A stretch of 59,213 bases of DNA, filler included, from Dugesia japonica (GCA_001938525.1; 5 parts of 5 records of this genome joined end to end with filler, not necessarily neighbours in it), one strand, 5' to 3'; shown: positions 1 to 13,479, numbered from the whole stretch's first letter. A program made the numbers and translations. The notes: a model not told the origin generated them from the letters alone.

Positions 1-1899
1 GATCTCGGCAAATGACTCTACCTGTGCTTTCCACGTTCTTTCTTGGTCATGTGTAGCTTCCATCTCTTTGCGAATACTAACACATTTATTCTTATAACGC
101 TTGACTTTGGCGTTGGCGTTGGCTATTTCTGCTTCAAATCGACGTTCTGCTAGTCGATATAAGTCGCAGAACATTTCGGTGTCCTCGCTAGATTCTCTCA
201 TTTGTTTATTAGGGGCGGATGGATGATTTAATGACGAATGCACTATAATATAACATAATAACATTTAAGAACTCTAAATAAGACTGCTTATAGTTTGAAA
301 CAAAACAAAGTAGTATGGGATTTTAACTATTCAGACAATAAAAGTCAGAGAAAAACAATTTCCTATCTAAAACTTTATTTCTAAACAGCTGGTTTATACT
401 AGCACATCGGTGATTTCTTCTTCCGAATTTTCGTTATTATTACTAGTCATTTCATTTTGCGCACTCCATAAATAATTTTGCACTAAAGAAGACAGTTGCG
501 ATGTAGAGGGCAAGCGGTTTGTGGTGAGACCGACCAAAGATGGGCCATCATGCCATACCCGTTCTACCTGTGGTACCTCGGTGGATCGTTCAAAGGAAAT
601 TGGTGCTGGTGGAAAGGCGACTCAATCTCTCCTCGGGCCACACCAACTGTAATAGGCTGCCCGCTCGTTTGCGTCCCATTGTCGATCTGCTGTACGTTGT
701 TCAATAGGAACGTTGGAACGATCTAATAATACACCGGCATTACGATCATAGGGATTTTGATATCGTCGGAACACAGTGCGGCCTGAGCGGGTGTCTACAC
801 TCACTTCCCATTTATATTCCATGATGATGATTCTACAATTAATAACCGTTAACTTTATGTTTAGTAAAAATGTGTAATTAGTTAATATCTAAATTTTTAT
901 TGGTGGAGAATAATTTACAATTACAATTAGACATATAGTTTATTTTATTAAAATTTCATAAGAGACAACACGACAACGAATTGTATTTTATGCGAGTGAT
1001 TCCATCATGGATTAGAGCAATTGGTTATTCCTCATCTATATCAACTCGGTTCTGGGACGGAAACATCTCAACGAAACACTCGAGATCCGTTTCGTNGGGA
1101 TGTTCCACCCAGCCCCTCGTTAAATAGTGGGCTATTAATTGTTTTAAGCGAGTAGCTCTTCGTTGCTTCTTTATTTGACGAAGGGTGTCCCGTAGTCTTG
1201 CTGGCATTATCTAGGGTAATAAAAAAATAAAATTTCTAATCAAATCACGATGCTTATTTCAATCTCTTCCACAAGAAAAGTTTTGCTGCTTCTGCACACT
1301 ATCAATGAGAAGAATCGTTCCCATACCAAGATATTAATCCATTAAATTAATTATAATTTAAAACACGTCGTTATATGTTAATATCCCTATTCTTTCTAAT
1401 AAAAGTTTTGGACTGACTACACCCTTCTTTGATTCTAATAATTATAATGATAGTCAGGATAATTATAATTTTAACGAGAATAACAATAATATCATTAGCA
1501 ATAATTTTAAGGATAATAGGGACAATATTCGTATGGATGATATCAGTAGCGCTGATAAAAAAAATATTAATCAAGTAACTATAAGATAGTGAATATTCCA
1601 TGCGCATAACTTATTAGCAATAACCATTGATAATATTACTCAAAACAATAATGATGGGAACGATTTTAAAGATACTCATAATAACAATAGTATTAATAAT
1701 AATACTAATAAATACAATGCATAAATTCATGATTTGATTCTTCTGAACCAAGTAAAAAGGGGTTTTACTGGTGATATCTCTTGCTATAATATCGGATTCT
1801 ACACGTAATTTTGTTAACTGTATCTGTGGATTCACTTAGTAATGGGGATAATGTTAGTAAAAGACAGGATCAATGCCAATAAGGACAACAATGACCACA

Positions 1900-1977
1900 C
1901 GAATATTAATAATAATAATCTTGATAATAACAATAATAATAATCAGATTAATGATGATACTAATAGAAATAATAATG

Positions 1978-2019
<42 letters not shown>

Positions 2020-2390
2020 NNNNNNNNNNNNNNNNNNNNNNNNNNNNNNNNNNNNNNNNNNNNNNNNNNNNNNNNNNNNNNNNNNNNNNNNNNNNNNNNN
2101 NNNNNNNNNNNNNNNNNNNNNNNNNNNNNNNNNNNNNNNNNNNNNNNNNNNNNNNNNNNNNNNNNNNNNNNNNNNNNNNNNNNNNNNNNNNNNNNNNNNN
2201 NNNNNNNNNNNNNNNNNNNNNNNNNNNNNNNNNNNNNNNNNNNNNNNNNNNNNNNNNNNNNNNNNNNNNNNNNNNNNNNNNNNNNNNNNNNNNNNNNNNN
2301 NNNNNNNNNNNNNNNNNNNNNNNNNNNNNNNNNNNNNNNAACAATAATAATAACAGTAATGATAAAAATAACAATAAGAATAATAGAATA
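1900..2390. repeat. (AAT)n microsatellite / Asn-rich low-complexity tract spanning an N gap
   Basis: aat repeats on both sides of the gap at 2020-2339. Confidence 0.9.
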
Positions 2391-4480
2391 ACATCAATGA
2401 GAATAAGGAGGGCGGCAAAATCGGCAATACTCAATTTAAGTATAAGATAGAAAATAACTCATAAGTATACCTCCACAGCAATGATGATAATAATGTTAAG
2501 TAATAACTAGGTTTGAATAGTAATGATTTGAATACTAGAAATAATATTAGTAGAATTAGTAGTAGTAACAATATTTAACGGCATAGTTGCAATACCACTA
2601 ACATCAAGAACGATCTCGGGGATACTCCAAGATCAATAATTATTATGTTGCCGTTGAGATATATTTAAAATTCCACATTTCATATGAAATACACACCTAT
2701 TATGAATCGGACACCGATATTATTCAGAGGGAATCCGTCACACTACAACTCTGCCTAAATAAATAATATCTAACAATGAGCGTGTATAGCATAAATTCTC
2801 AGTGCCAGACTAGTAGCAGATGAGTGGAAATTATTTTACTCAATTATCGCAAATAACATTCTTTCCGATATTAATAGAATTATGAATTTTAAACACAATC
2901 TCGTCGTATTAATCATTTCAATAAAGGAAAAGTTGGTTCATGGACATTTTCTCAAGGGCTGGAATTGATGCGCTTATGGATTCACGATGTTTTGGGATCA
3001 TGCAAGCTATGGTGGGAGAAGAGTGAGTCAATTTGTTGGAAATTAAATAAAATTGGTTGTGATTTCTTGATTTTAATTTATTAGTTAATTCATTTTATGT
3101 TTTCTGTTTAATGTAAAATAGTTCATTTTTATGTCTGAATAACATTTATTATCAAATAATAGACACGACATTATAATATAAAATATACACCAAAATTTAC
3201 TTTTCTAATCAAAAACTTTTATCTGCAACGGGTAAATATTGGGAACCGATAATAGAATATTTTGGTAGATAATATACTCTTCATCTTTTTGTCTCACTGG
3301 AATGATCGGTTTTCTGTCCTACCAACACTATATCAGCGATGGTAAATTAACCGAGGGATTTTCTAAAGCAAATTGTTTAAGGTGAAAATGTTTTAGTCTC
3401 AAACTAACTGCTTAATAGTGGCTGTTTATAGTGGTAGTTTTTCTGAACTTGATTTAGTATTAATACGTAGTGGTGCTAATTTAGCTAAAGGCGCAACTTG
3501 TATTTTTTATTATTTTATTCTGCTAAAGTCAGGGGTCCTTTTATAGGATTTGCCTTACACCCCAACTTCTTCTAGATTTGCTGATTATTTTTGGATCAGT
3601 CTTTTCTGATTTCTATTGGTTTCAGCGCCAATTTTCTAAATTTTTCTCCACGTTTTGGTGCTGCAATTGGCGGCTATTTTTATCATGACACCTGAAAATT
3701 GTATCTTTGTTATATTTTTATTTTTAGGTATCTGATTGGTTCAATTTTGGAAACCCTACGGCACCCTTCTGGGTGATGGTAAGTTTTTCTTCCTGATAAT
3801 TCTTAATGACCCTTGTTTTTCTCTTCTGAAATTTTCTTGTGCCGTAGTTCTGTGATGTTCCGAAGCNAAGTTATTCGCATAAAACGAATTTCGACCTCGT
3901 TTTATTTCATTTTGAAATTAAATTAATTAATATTTCTCTTCTATTAATTGATTGTTTTTATTCTGATTTTCTTGGTTTTTATTATTATTTAGATAATTCT
4001 TCCTAATGCTGATACCTACATGGGTGACTTTGTAACACCGAGTTTGTTGAACCCGACTTCGATGGTATTTTTATTTTTTTTTACTGGTTATTTTCCGTTA
4101 CAAACTTCTCAAATATAATTGCTTCCTTCTTTGAATTCCATTATACGTGAGTTTATGGGTTTTACTGTTCATCTTTCCGGATTCCGAATTTTTTGGTCTT
4201 ATTAATTTTCTTCACAGGTGTTTCACCCCAAAAAATTTATCAATTTATTACTCAAGGTTAATAAATAATAAAAATTTTATTCAAGGTTATAAAATAATTT
4301 TCTTTTCTTAAATAAATTTCTTAAAATAGTCACGTACATTTTTATTTATTTTACATTATTTATTTTACTTCTAGAAAATTTCAAATTTCTAAATAAAGTA
4401 AATAGAAATGACCATTTCTAGTAAACGTTTTGTTTAATCAAGAAATCTGTTAAATTAATTGTAAAACAAAAATTTGGTTG

Positions 4481-5236
4481 ATGAAAAAGGTTAAGCGGAT
4501 TCTCGAGGAGGCGATCATGAGGCGACATTGTTGAAATACGAGATGGGATTGAGCAAATCAATGGTGGAGGATTTCCTGTTGCAAGTGAGGATGCAGCAGC
4601 AGCAGACGAGCCCGAGCACGAGTGCCGGTGCATGTGGACTGGTGCGCGCGCTGTAGGAGTGGATCGTGTTCCTCGGCGTGGAGATTGCTGCTGGTGAAAA
4701 ACACAAGGGAGAAATACAAGAAACGCGGTCGAGAGACAAATTGTACTTGCTGTGGGAACTGCTGCATGCCCTGGCTGGAGCGCGGGACTCGTTCAAACTG
4801 GGAACGATCTTGAACTGGCAGTGACCGCCCTCCCGATGCTCCTGGGCTCGAGGAAACATCGGGAGGAGTTCCTGTATGAGTGGAATCTGAGTTTGAACAG
4901 CAGTAATGACGAGTCGGCCTGGGTGTTGGTGGACTCAGAGGGCAAGGACGATGAAGCTGTTGGATTGAGCTGGTCGCTGCTACGCGAGAGCGATCCGATA
5001 GCGTTTTTTGGACAGATTCCATTAGCTAATGTGTTCAAATGGATCCTCTCGGTGGACAGCAACTGCATCAGCAACAGCAACGAATACGACCCCACGAATG
5101 GATGCGATCCTGCAAACTGCTTCAAGTGATGTCGTTCTGCATGCAGCTAATGCTGACGCTTGATGCTGGCCTCAACATTTACAATCGCATAAGATACAAA
5201 GCTTTGAACAAACGCATCAGTCGATTGATGAAGTAA
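4481..5236 (+). pseudogene. GC-rich, intronless, frameshifted coding remnant of unknown family
   Basis: GC clearly above flanks; protein-like segments in alternating + frames (LLKYEMGLSKSMVEDFLLQV..., EEFLYEWNLSL..., LDAGLNIYNRIRYKALNKRISRLMK*). Confidence 0.4.
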
Positions 5237-5304
5237 TTCATTCAATTTGATTTTGATTTTTACTGCTTTGTTCACGTCTTATCAACTTTCTTTCAACTTT
5301 GCAT

Positions 5305-5520
5305 CTTTATTTTATCTATTTTTATATTTAACTATTTCTTTATCATTACATCTTTCTTTATTTTCATTTCTTTCTTTATCTTTTTCTTTATCTTTATCTT
5401 TATCTCTTTCTTTATTTTCATTTCTTTCTTTGTCTTTTTTTATCTTTATCTTTTTCTTTATCTTTATGTCTTTCTTTATCTTCATATCTTTCTTTATCTT
5501 CATATATTTATCTTGTTATA
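5305..5520. repeat. Low-complexity (TTTATC/TTTTTC)n tract
   Basis: Degenerate hexamer repeats, reading KDKDKE on the minus strand. Confidence 0.8.
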
Positions 5521-5812
5521 TTTGTTTCTAAACTATTATAATTAAACTATTAAATAGTGAAAAATTATTACGCGAAACAGGTCGGGAAATAAAATGATAA
5601 AAATAAAATATGCAATTAGAAACAAACCTTATTGTAGATTTAGCCAAAGAATTGCAGAGAATAGCAAATTTACACGATGAAAATAAAGGTGGAAAAAAGA
5701 TAGACTTGAATTATATTATATTCATAATATTCATAATATTTATTTTATCCTTTAGAAAATAATTATTTAATACGTTTGGTTTTATCCAAAGTACTTTAAT
5801 TTTAGATTTAAT

Positions 5813-6153
5813 CTAATTAGACTTTTCATTTAAATCAGGATTTGAATTTTTATTACTTTTCATGTGAGTTCGAATTGCTTTTATTATTTCATTTATTTCT
5901 TTTTCACTATAATTGCCATGTGTTTTTGATATCTTTATTAATTCCTCATTTTCTGTATTTAAACTATCATTTTCTTTACCTAAATCATAAATAGTGTCAC
6001 CCAAAGTTTTTACAGTTATGTAAAGTTATGTAAATTTCAGGAGTTAAAACAGATTTACTAACTACAGATCATTTTTTAATTCTATTATATTCGTCTTGAA
6101 TTTATTATGAAATTCAGCACTATTATCAATTTCTTCAATTATATCATCAATCA
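5813..6153 (-). pseudogene. Small Polinton-associated coiled-coil ORF (MIDDIIEEI...GDTIYDLGKEND)
   Basis: Homologous to 20930-21170; internal stops. Confidence 0.6.
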
Positions 6154-6199
6154 TTTTTTATAATTTAATTTAATTTTTAATTTAATACAATTTAAACAA

Positions 6200-6915
6200 T
6201 TATAACCTATTTCTAATTTATTTTCTTTGGGCTTTGCCCCAAGACATTCGTCTGTCGTACCTTCGGCACAGGTCGTTTTATTAAAGATTCCATTTCCTTT
6301 AGCTTTGTTAATAAAAAAGTATTATCTTTTTTTGTTTCTTTATTATCTTCATTTATACTATNTGTTTTAATCTTTAATATTTTAATTTTGATTTCACTAA
6401 CAATTGTTTTACTAGTGTTTATTTCTTCATCTGTTAATATATTATCATGTAAACATTATTGATGATATAAAAATAATTTATTTTTTACTAATTTCTAATT
6501 CTTTAATTAAATCATTAAATTTCTTCTTTCTTCTTTTAATTAAACCAATATTTAATAAACCATGAATAATTCAATTAGTTAAAGGAAATGTACCAAGTAT
6601 AATAACAGGTAAAGTTAAAATAACTATACCACTTGTAGCTAAAACGTTATTGCTATACCTGCTGCACCAAATAAACTTCCTATTAAAATATCAATATATC
6701 ATACACTCGTATCAAACATTTTCCATCTTCTATATAATTTATTATAATGATTTATTTTATCAGTTAGGAATGTTAAATCATTTTCAAAATCTTTAATTCT
6801 TAATGTTTTAAATTTTGATTTATAATCAGCTAAAGATGGTGTTCTTACTGGTTGATCTAAATCATTTATCTTCTTCATTTAAATCAAGATAAATACGATC
6901 ATATTCTTTCTCAAT
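6200..6915 (-). pseudogene. Polinton membrane protein, decayed
   Basis: Homologous to 21230-21909 and 34076-34684 (IKDFENDL, KINHY, NILTDEEI motifs); frameshifts. Confidence 0.75.
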
Positions 6916-7099
6916 TTTTAATAAAATTAATATTTTATATTTTAATAAAATAAAGATGTTATGTTTTTAATAAAAATAAGATTTTATGTTTTTCATAAAA
7001 TTTTGATTTTATAATTGTTTCATTATTATTATTATTATTATCAACATCACAAGTTACTCTGATTTGTAAACTATAAAGGGAAAATAATTGCTTAAACAT

Positions 7100-8060
7100 A
7101 CCACGTGTTTCGCTACCACTAGTTTCATAGCATAAACACTCATAAATAAATCCGCTCGTATTTTTTATCTCCTATAACTAGTTTACCAAATTCAAAATCT
7201 TTTTTTATAGTATTGTATTGTTTATTTTGATAATTATTTTGAATTAGAATAATTTGATTTCCTTTTTTTTCAATATATAATAAATTAGGTCGAGGTTTAG
7301 GATAATTAGTCATTAAAGTTAAATCTAAATTAAATTTTTGATCGTGATATAATTCTTCGTTATTTAATTGTATATAAGTTGTATATCCTTTATATTCTCC
7401 TATTTTATTTTTATTTGATTCTCCTCCTTTAATAAACGCGTTTTTTGAATCAGAATAACTTTCTCTATCAAAAGGAATCATAAAAACAAAGTCTTTTTTA
7501 AATTCATAATTAGAAATAAATTGATCACCTTTATTTAAATAAAAACATTTATTATAACTATATGAAGTAGTATTTCTTAATGACTTATTTCTCAAACTTA
7601 ATTCAGGTTTTCCTTTTATAATTAAACCACAACCACTTTAATCTTCAAAATAAAAATTATTACTTATTTTACCTAAGCCAAAAGAAAAATTAGATGATAA
7701 CCAAAACTCAATTTTTAAATTATGTTCTTTTTCATATTCTCTTATATTATTAATGAATGATAATAAATGTTCATTAAAAGTATTATTGTATAAATGTTTA
7801 AAGAATGGTAATCGTAAATCAATATTATTATTTAATTTATCGAGTTGTTTTGGTTTAAAAGTATTAAATGTAACTTGATTAACTTTATCATTTGCTTTTA
7901 ACTCAACTTGTTTCACACTATCTTTTAAAGATTTCATTTCTTCGTCCTGCTTTTGTTTAAAAGAATTAAATGTAACTTGATTAACTTTATCATTTGATTT
8001 TAACTCGATTTCTTTCATTGTATCCTTTAAATCTTTAATTTATTTATCTAATTTTGATAT
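7100..8060 (-). pseudogene. Fibre/spike-like coiled-coil protein, 3' part
   Basis: ORFs 7638-8018 and 7140-7595 are homologous to 22160-23143; duplicated ELKxNDKVNQVTFNxFK repeat. Confidence 0.6.
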
Positions 8061-8069
8061 TTTAGGTTC

Positions 8070-9010
8070 AAGGCTTCCTCTTCCGTAAGGCTTCATCTAA
8101 TCTTGATATCTGGTCATCGTATGTATTAAGCATTTTCTGCCAGTCTTCTGGTACTGTCTGGTAATTATCTTGTTCTACATGTGACATTAATTGGTTTCCA
8201 TTCAAAAATATCAGGCTTTTGCACTATTTCATTTTCCTTGGTTACTTGTAACATACACAACTTGTTGGATCTTTCTATTATTATAGCTAAGTCTTCACTA
8301 CCTGCTTTAAATCAGCACCTTCTCATGGTGTGTCCGGTTCTACCACAGTTGAAACATCTAGGGATACCCCATTGCTCTGCTAGATGTCCTCTTCCTTACA
8401 CTTGGTACATTGTCCGGTTGGCATACTATTTCAGTATGTCCTTTGTAGCCACATGTTTTGCATTTTAACCCGCATGAAGCTATCGTGTGGTCTCCTTTTC
8501 TACATCTCGTGCAACCCTCCCCTCTAAAGATAGGTTCGATATCCGATTTTTTTTTACATTTTTTCTTTGTATGTTTTAATTTGCCACATAATTTGCATGG
8601 TTTTTTCTAACATAGTTTCTTTGGGTGATCTGATTCCCCACAATATTCACATAATCTATTTTTCCAACATTAGGTTGCCAGATGACCAAATTTACCACAT
8701 TCACTACACTTATAGTTTTCTTTTTGTTTAGTCACCGTGGGTTTCATTGTTACTTCTTCTGTTTCATTATAAGTTTTTAACAACAATTGCATTGTGAATT
8801 TCGTCCTTTTTTCTTGTTTTCTGAATTTCGATAGCCTTGACTTTAGGACATTTTCTACTATTNCTTCTACCGATAATTTCTGTACTGCATTAATTACCTC
8901 TTCCAACTCCTTTAGTTGTAACGTTAATACCCATAACAGTTCTTCCATCTGATCAGTAAGATCGTTGTTTGACGATAATTCCGACTCTTGATTTGAGTTC
9001 GACCTTGTTT
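8070..9010 (-). pseudogene. Gag-like remnant with about seven CCHC zinc knuckles, inserted into the Polinton
   Basis: CSECGKFGHLAT*C, CEYCGESDHPKKLC, CKLCGKLKHTKKKC, CTRCRKGDHTIASC, CKTCGYKGHTEIVC, a frameshifted CTKC..GH, CFNCGRTGHTMRRC. Confidence 0.7.
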
Positions 9011-9597
9011 TTATCTCTAATTTATCGTCTTGTGCTGACGTATCAATACAAAATATGGGATATAATTTATTGAAATCTTGTAAACTAAGTTGTGGCTTGA
9101 CTTTGAATTCTTTATAAAAATTTACATATGAACTCAAAGGAAATAACATTTCGTTATTTGCTACATAAAACTCCATTCTGTTGACTGGATAATATGTATT
9201 ATTTAACTATATTTGTATTGATTTAAAACAATTTGTCCCGCTTTGAACTATAAATAAATTATTATTCTTTTGAAAAGGAATATCTTTATCCTTAAAACCA
9301 ATCAAAATATATATAGGTCTATGAGCTAAATTTGCTAATTTAACAGAATAGGTTGATACATCACCCACATCAATAACAGAACAAATTCTATTTAAATAAT
9401 TTGCATATATAGATTTATTTGAATTTAGTCTTTCTAATAGACTTACTTCTGATCTTGGATTAAGCGTCCATTCAGGTATATGTAATTCTATTGATACTAG
9501 CTTTAATTTAGCTGTTAATGTGGCTGCTCTATAAAAGAGTAATTTGTCTTCTGCTTGTCTGTTGCATATTAATTCGATAAATACATTATGTAAAACT
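9010..9597 (-). pseudogene. Polinton major capsid protein (PY/hexon, double jelly-roll), C-terminal fragment
   Basis: IELHIPEW, RPIYILIGF, IQI*LNNTYYP and YPIFCIDTSAQ match Polinton MCP C-terminal motifs; one in-frame stop at 9207-9209. Confidence 0.8.
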
Positions 9598-9660
9598 AGT
9601 AGGTGGATAGTAGCGCATCGCGCCACTTTGATTTAAAAGACAAACCCCCCCGGGGGGGCT
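9598..9660 (+). repeat. Putative Polinton terminus (AGTAGGTGGATAGTAGCG)
   Basis: Shares AGTAGGTRGATAGYRGCG with 14161 (+) and 37193 (-); Polinton TIRs start 5'-AG(T). Confidence 0.6.
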
Positions 9661-10043
9661 CAGAAATACATTACGCTTGAGATGCGTTTTTTTAACCATC
9701 ATTTTTGGGTTGGTTTTTTTTTCTAAAATTTTTGGGATCAAAAAAATTTTGATCGGATCAAATTTTTTTTGATTCTGGAGGTGTGTGTATTTTTAAATTT
9801 TAAAATTTGTGTGTGTTTGGGTTGTTAAGGTGGTTTTTAAAAAGTTGGTCAAGTTGAGTTTGTGTGTGTGGTTGTGTGTGTGTGAAAGAGTGGACAAAAT
9901 GAGGAGGAGGAGCTAGAGATCTTGGAAATAATTTTTTTTGGAGTTTTTAAGATTTAGTTGATGTTGGATAAAAATTTGGTCTATATATTGTCTAAAGGAA
10001 TTATGAGATTGGATGGATGGTTTGTCCTACAACTATGGTGGCG

Positions 10044-10143
10044 NNNNNNNNNNNNNNNNNNNNNNNNNNNNNNNNNNNNNNNNNNNNTTAATTAATTAAN
10101 NNNNNNNNNNNNNNNNNNNNNNNNNNNNNNNNNNNNNNNNNNN
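10044..10143. other. Artificial contig spacer
   Basis: N44-TTAATTAATTAA-N44 (six-frame stop linker). Confidence 0.95.
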
Positions 10144-12599
10144 TACTCGCGCGCATCATTTTCACTTTTCAAAACATCGATAGCATACACACAGTAACCT
10201 AGAAATACTTTTGAAAAAATTTTAAAATTTGAAAAAAAAAAAATTTTCTTAAAGATTTTTTCTTAACAAAAAATATTTTCAAAAAAAATTTTTGTCAAAA
10301 AAAAAATTTTGTCAAAAAAAAATTTTTGTCAAAAAAACTTTGTCGCGAAAAAAGTTTGACGAAAAAAATTTTTCTGGCTGGGGTGGGGGTGCGGCAGTGC
10401 GGACATATCTCACTACTTTCAAACAAATCATCTGAGACCTTTTAATAAAATATATTTCTTAAAAATATCGTTTTTCCTCTTTAAAATATTTTATTTATGA
10501 TAATTTTATAAAACAATTTTTATAATTTAATACTTTTACCTAATATAAAATATCCCTTTTGATTTTAAAATAAATTTAATTTCATAAAACACTTTATAAT
10601 TTTTAAAAATTTATGTTCAGTTTTTTCAAAATATTTGAAAGTTTCAGAAATAAATTTTTTAATAATATATATGTATTCATTTAATATAAAAGCTTTGATC
10701 AATAAAAGAAACCCAAATTTTGATCAAAGATTTTATATTAAATGAATTCTATAAAACGATCAATGGTTATGTCCAACAATTATTCTTTCAATAATTGTAA
10801 TTGTAAAAATATATATGTAATATATATATATAAAAATTAAAAAATCTCAGACATTTGAAATCCATGAACCAACCTTACAGACAATATAGAATATAAATCG
10901 ATATATATGTATATATATCAAACATCCGAAAGCATCTTATAAAAAAATATACAAATGTTGATGCGTCAAAAAAAAATAAAAACTCAAACAATGCAATTTA
11001 TTGAATAAAGAAAATGATGTTGAAAATAATAAAATGACGCAAGATAACAATTAATTCCGGAAGATTAGGAAAACTTTTATTCTATGTTTTACAGGAAAAT
11101 TCGTTGATGATAAATTAAAACTTTACATATAATTAAAGATTTAGACTTTTATGGTAACAATTTATTGGGTTATCTTAGAATGTAAGTTTTAGTGTAAGTT
11201 CAACCTCTTGTAATATCTAATCTTCTATACATTTTATATTTTAGGCATTGTCTTTCAATTTCACATTTCACTACATGATGGAATGGACTAGTAAAATCCA
11301 TGTTACATAGTCACTTCATAATTTCGNNNNNNNNNNNNNNNNNNNNNNNNNNNNNNNNNNNNNNNNNNNNGCCATAATTTAAAATCCATTGATTTATTAA
11401 AGTATTGAAGCTGTGATTATTGGTTGCATGTAATGATAAACATTTATCATATTGATCAATACTAGTAAATATTAAAGATTGTTTTTGAGAATTTCAGAAA
11501 AAAAAACAATGAAAATTTATTCTATATTTCCCATATTTTCCTTCATTTAATTAATGAATTAGATAAATTAATATTGTCCCACCATGAAAATTAATTACAA
11601 TTAATGATCAATTAATGGTACTGTATTTCAGCCATTTATAACTAAATTCATATTAATAAACATGCAAATGTTTGTATGAATTATTATCATATTTTCAATA
11701 TCGGATGTCTGATTATTAATCTTAGAAAATTTACTTAAATTAAATTCGTTAATCTTTATTTAACAAATCAGTTTTTATTTAATTCTTTAGTTTCAGTATC
11801 AAAAATAAATTTAGAAAGACTTGACAAACTTTAATAATATGTAAACATAACAATAAAAAAAGAATTTTCATTTAACCGTCATGGTAAAGAGAGATTAAAT
11901 TTTGATTTATATATTAATAGATTTTATTTTAAATAGATTGTGTCAATTATATTCAATAAGTTTTATTGATTACATAAATATATATTTACAATACAATGAT
12001 AGAACCCTATCAATTTAAATGACCAATTACTCCAATAAATCTGAAATTAATTGAAATGAATGATTGATTAAATAAATTGATTTTAATAACTAAGCCAGAA
12101 TTTCATGGAAATTATTCATAGATAAAATCCCATCTCATTTCAACAGTGCTCTACTCTGGTGTTTCGTTAAGTTCATTTATATAAAATGCATGTTAAATCT
12201 ATTTTTAAAATTTTATTTTTTAACCATTGATCTGTCAATAAATAAATTCGTTTTTAACAACAAAAGTTTTGTTTTATTAAATTGAATGATTTCAAGTGTT
12301 GAATGTGTAATATTTAATTAATGACTTTTTAAAGTTGATTGTGTGTGTGTTGATTTCGCCAATGCTTATGTGTATTTAATGGATAGAGTTGTATTTGGTT
12401 GTATTTGAATGAAGTGTATTTCGATGTATTGGATTTATTTTGTTTATTATATATATTTAAGTTTATTTGTTACACTAAGTATAATGGGATTTTGGAATGT
12501 ATTGATTGAATTGATAGGTTTAGGTATATTAGAAATATTGAGTTCTCACATCGAATGCTGATCATGCAATAAGATCAGTCTTACTAAAGAAATTTGTTA

Positions 12600-13150
12600 T
12601 AAAAAAGTTTGTCGAGTTTTCCAAATGATGAACCAAAAGAATACTTGGTTGGACATAGAGCAGGAGAGTGTTGCACCAATTTGAAAATGAAAAGAAAAAC
12701 TGAAACAGTTGTGACTGCTGAAAACCATGAAACCAATATAATCGAATTCATACGATTTTAGATGAAGAAACCATGGATATGAAGAATTATATGAAAGTGA
12801 TTCTGAAAAGTAGGGCCCAAAAGGCGGGACTCCAACAGTAGAGGACTTGGTTGTAGACATTCGTTGTTAATTCGTTATCACAGAGACGTAAAGAAAGAAA
12901 AAGTTGTTGCCTATGGATCACACTCAATGACTGATTATGCATCAAGTAAAAAGGTTTATTGGCTGGTTATTATATGAGAGAAAATACATTGTTAAAAATT
13001 TGTGAAGACTCATCAAGTTAGAAACAAGAGATTAAATCCAACACATATTTTAAGGTCCTTTTAGAAAAATTGAGAACATTTACAAAAGACGGCATGCTAT
13101 AGAAGGAGAAAATGGAAAGCGATTGGAGAAAAATATGGAAAACCTAGANA
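12600..13150 (+). mobile_element. Highly decayed Ty3/Gypsy fragments
   Basis: VVAYGSH RNase H piece at ~12903-12922, identical in sequence to ~56522-56541. Confidence 0.5.
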
Positions 13151-13479
13151 TTTTCCTAAGAAGGAAGATATAGGTATATAAATAATTATGAAACCCAATT
13201 AATTGAAATAATTTTAATTAATTATTATTGTGTATTAGAAAATATTTATCTTTGATTATTGAGAATAACAATTTCTCAAATCATAAGTTCTGTTAAAACA
13301 TGCTTTGTTACGGTGCTATTTATATGAAAAATATTCATACAATTTTAGTAACGAAAGAGTTAAATATATCAAATAAAGTACTAATAAATTATAAGATTTA
13401 ATTTTATATCATAGTAGAGTAAAAGAAAATTTTTTGAATAATTTTTCATGAATTATGATTAAAAAAATTCATTTTATAG

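Larger units (their letters stand above)
5813..9597 (-). mobile_element. Decayed Polinton/Maverick remnant (family A): MCP fragment, fibre-like gene, membrane-protein gene, small coiled-coil ORF
   Basis: 5.8-8.0 kb aligns by eye at nucleotide level with 20.9-22.8 kb; MCP motifs at 9010-9597. Confidence 0.85.

Noticed and set aside
1842-2450. Poly-N/I/L/Y ORFs, also at 36022-36331
   Set aside because: Microsatellite and N-gap artefacts
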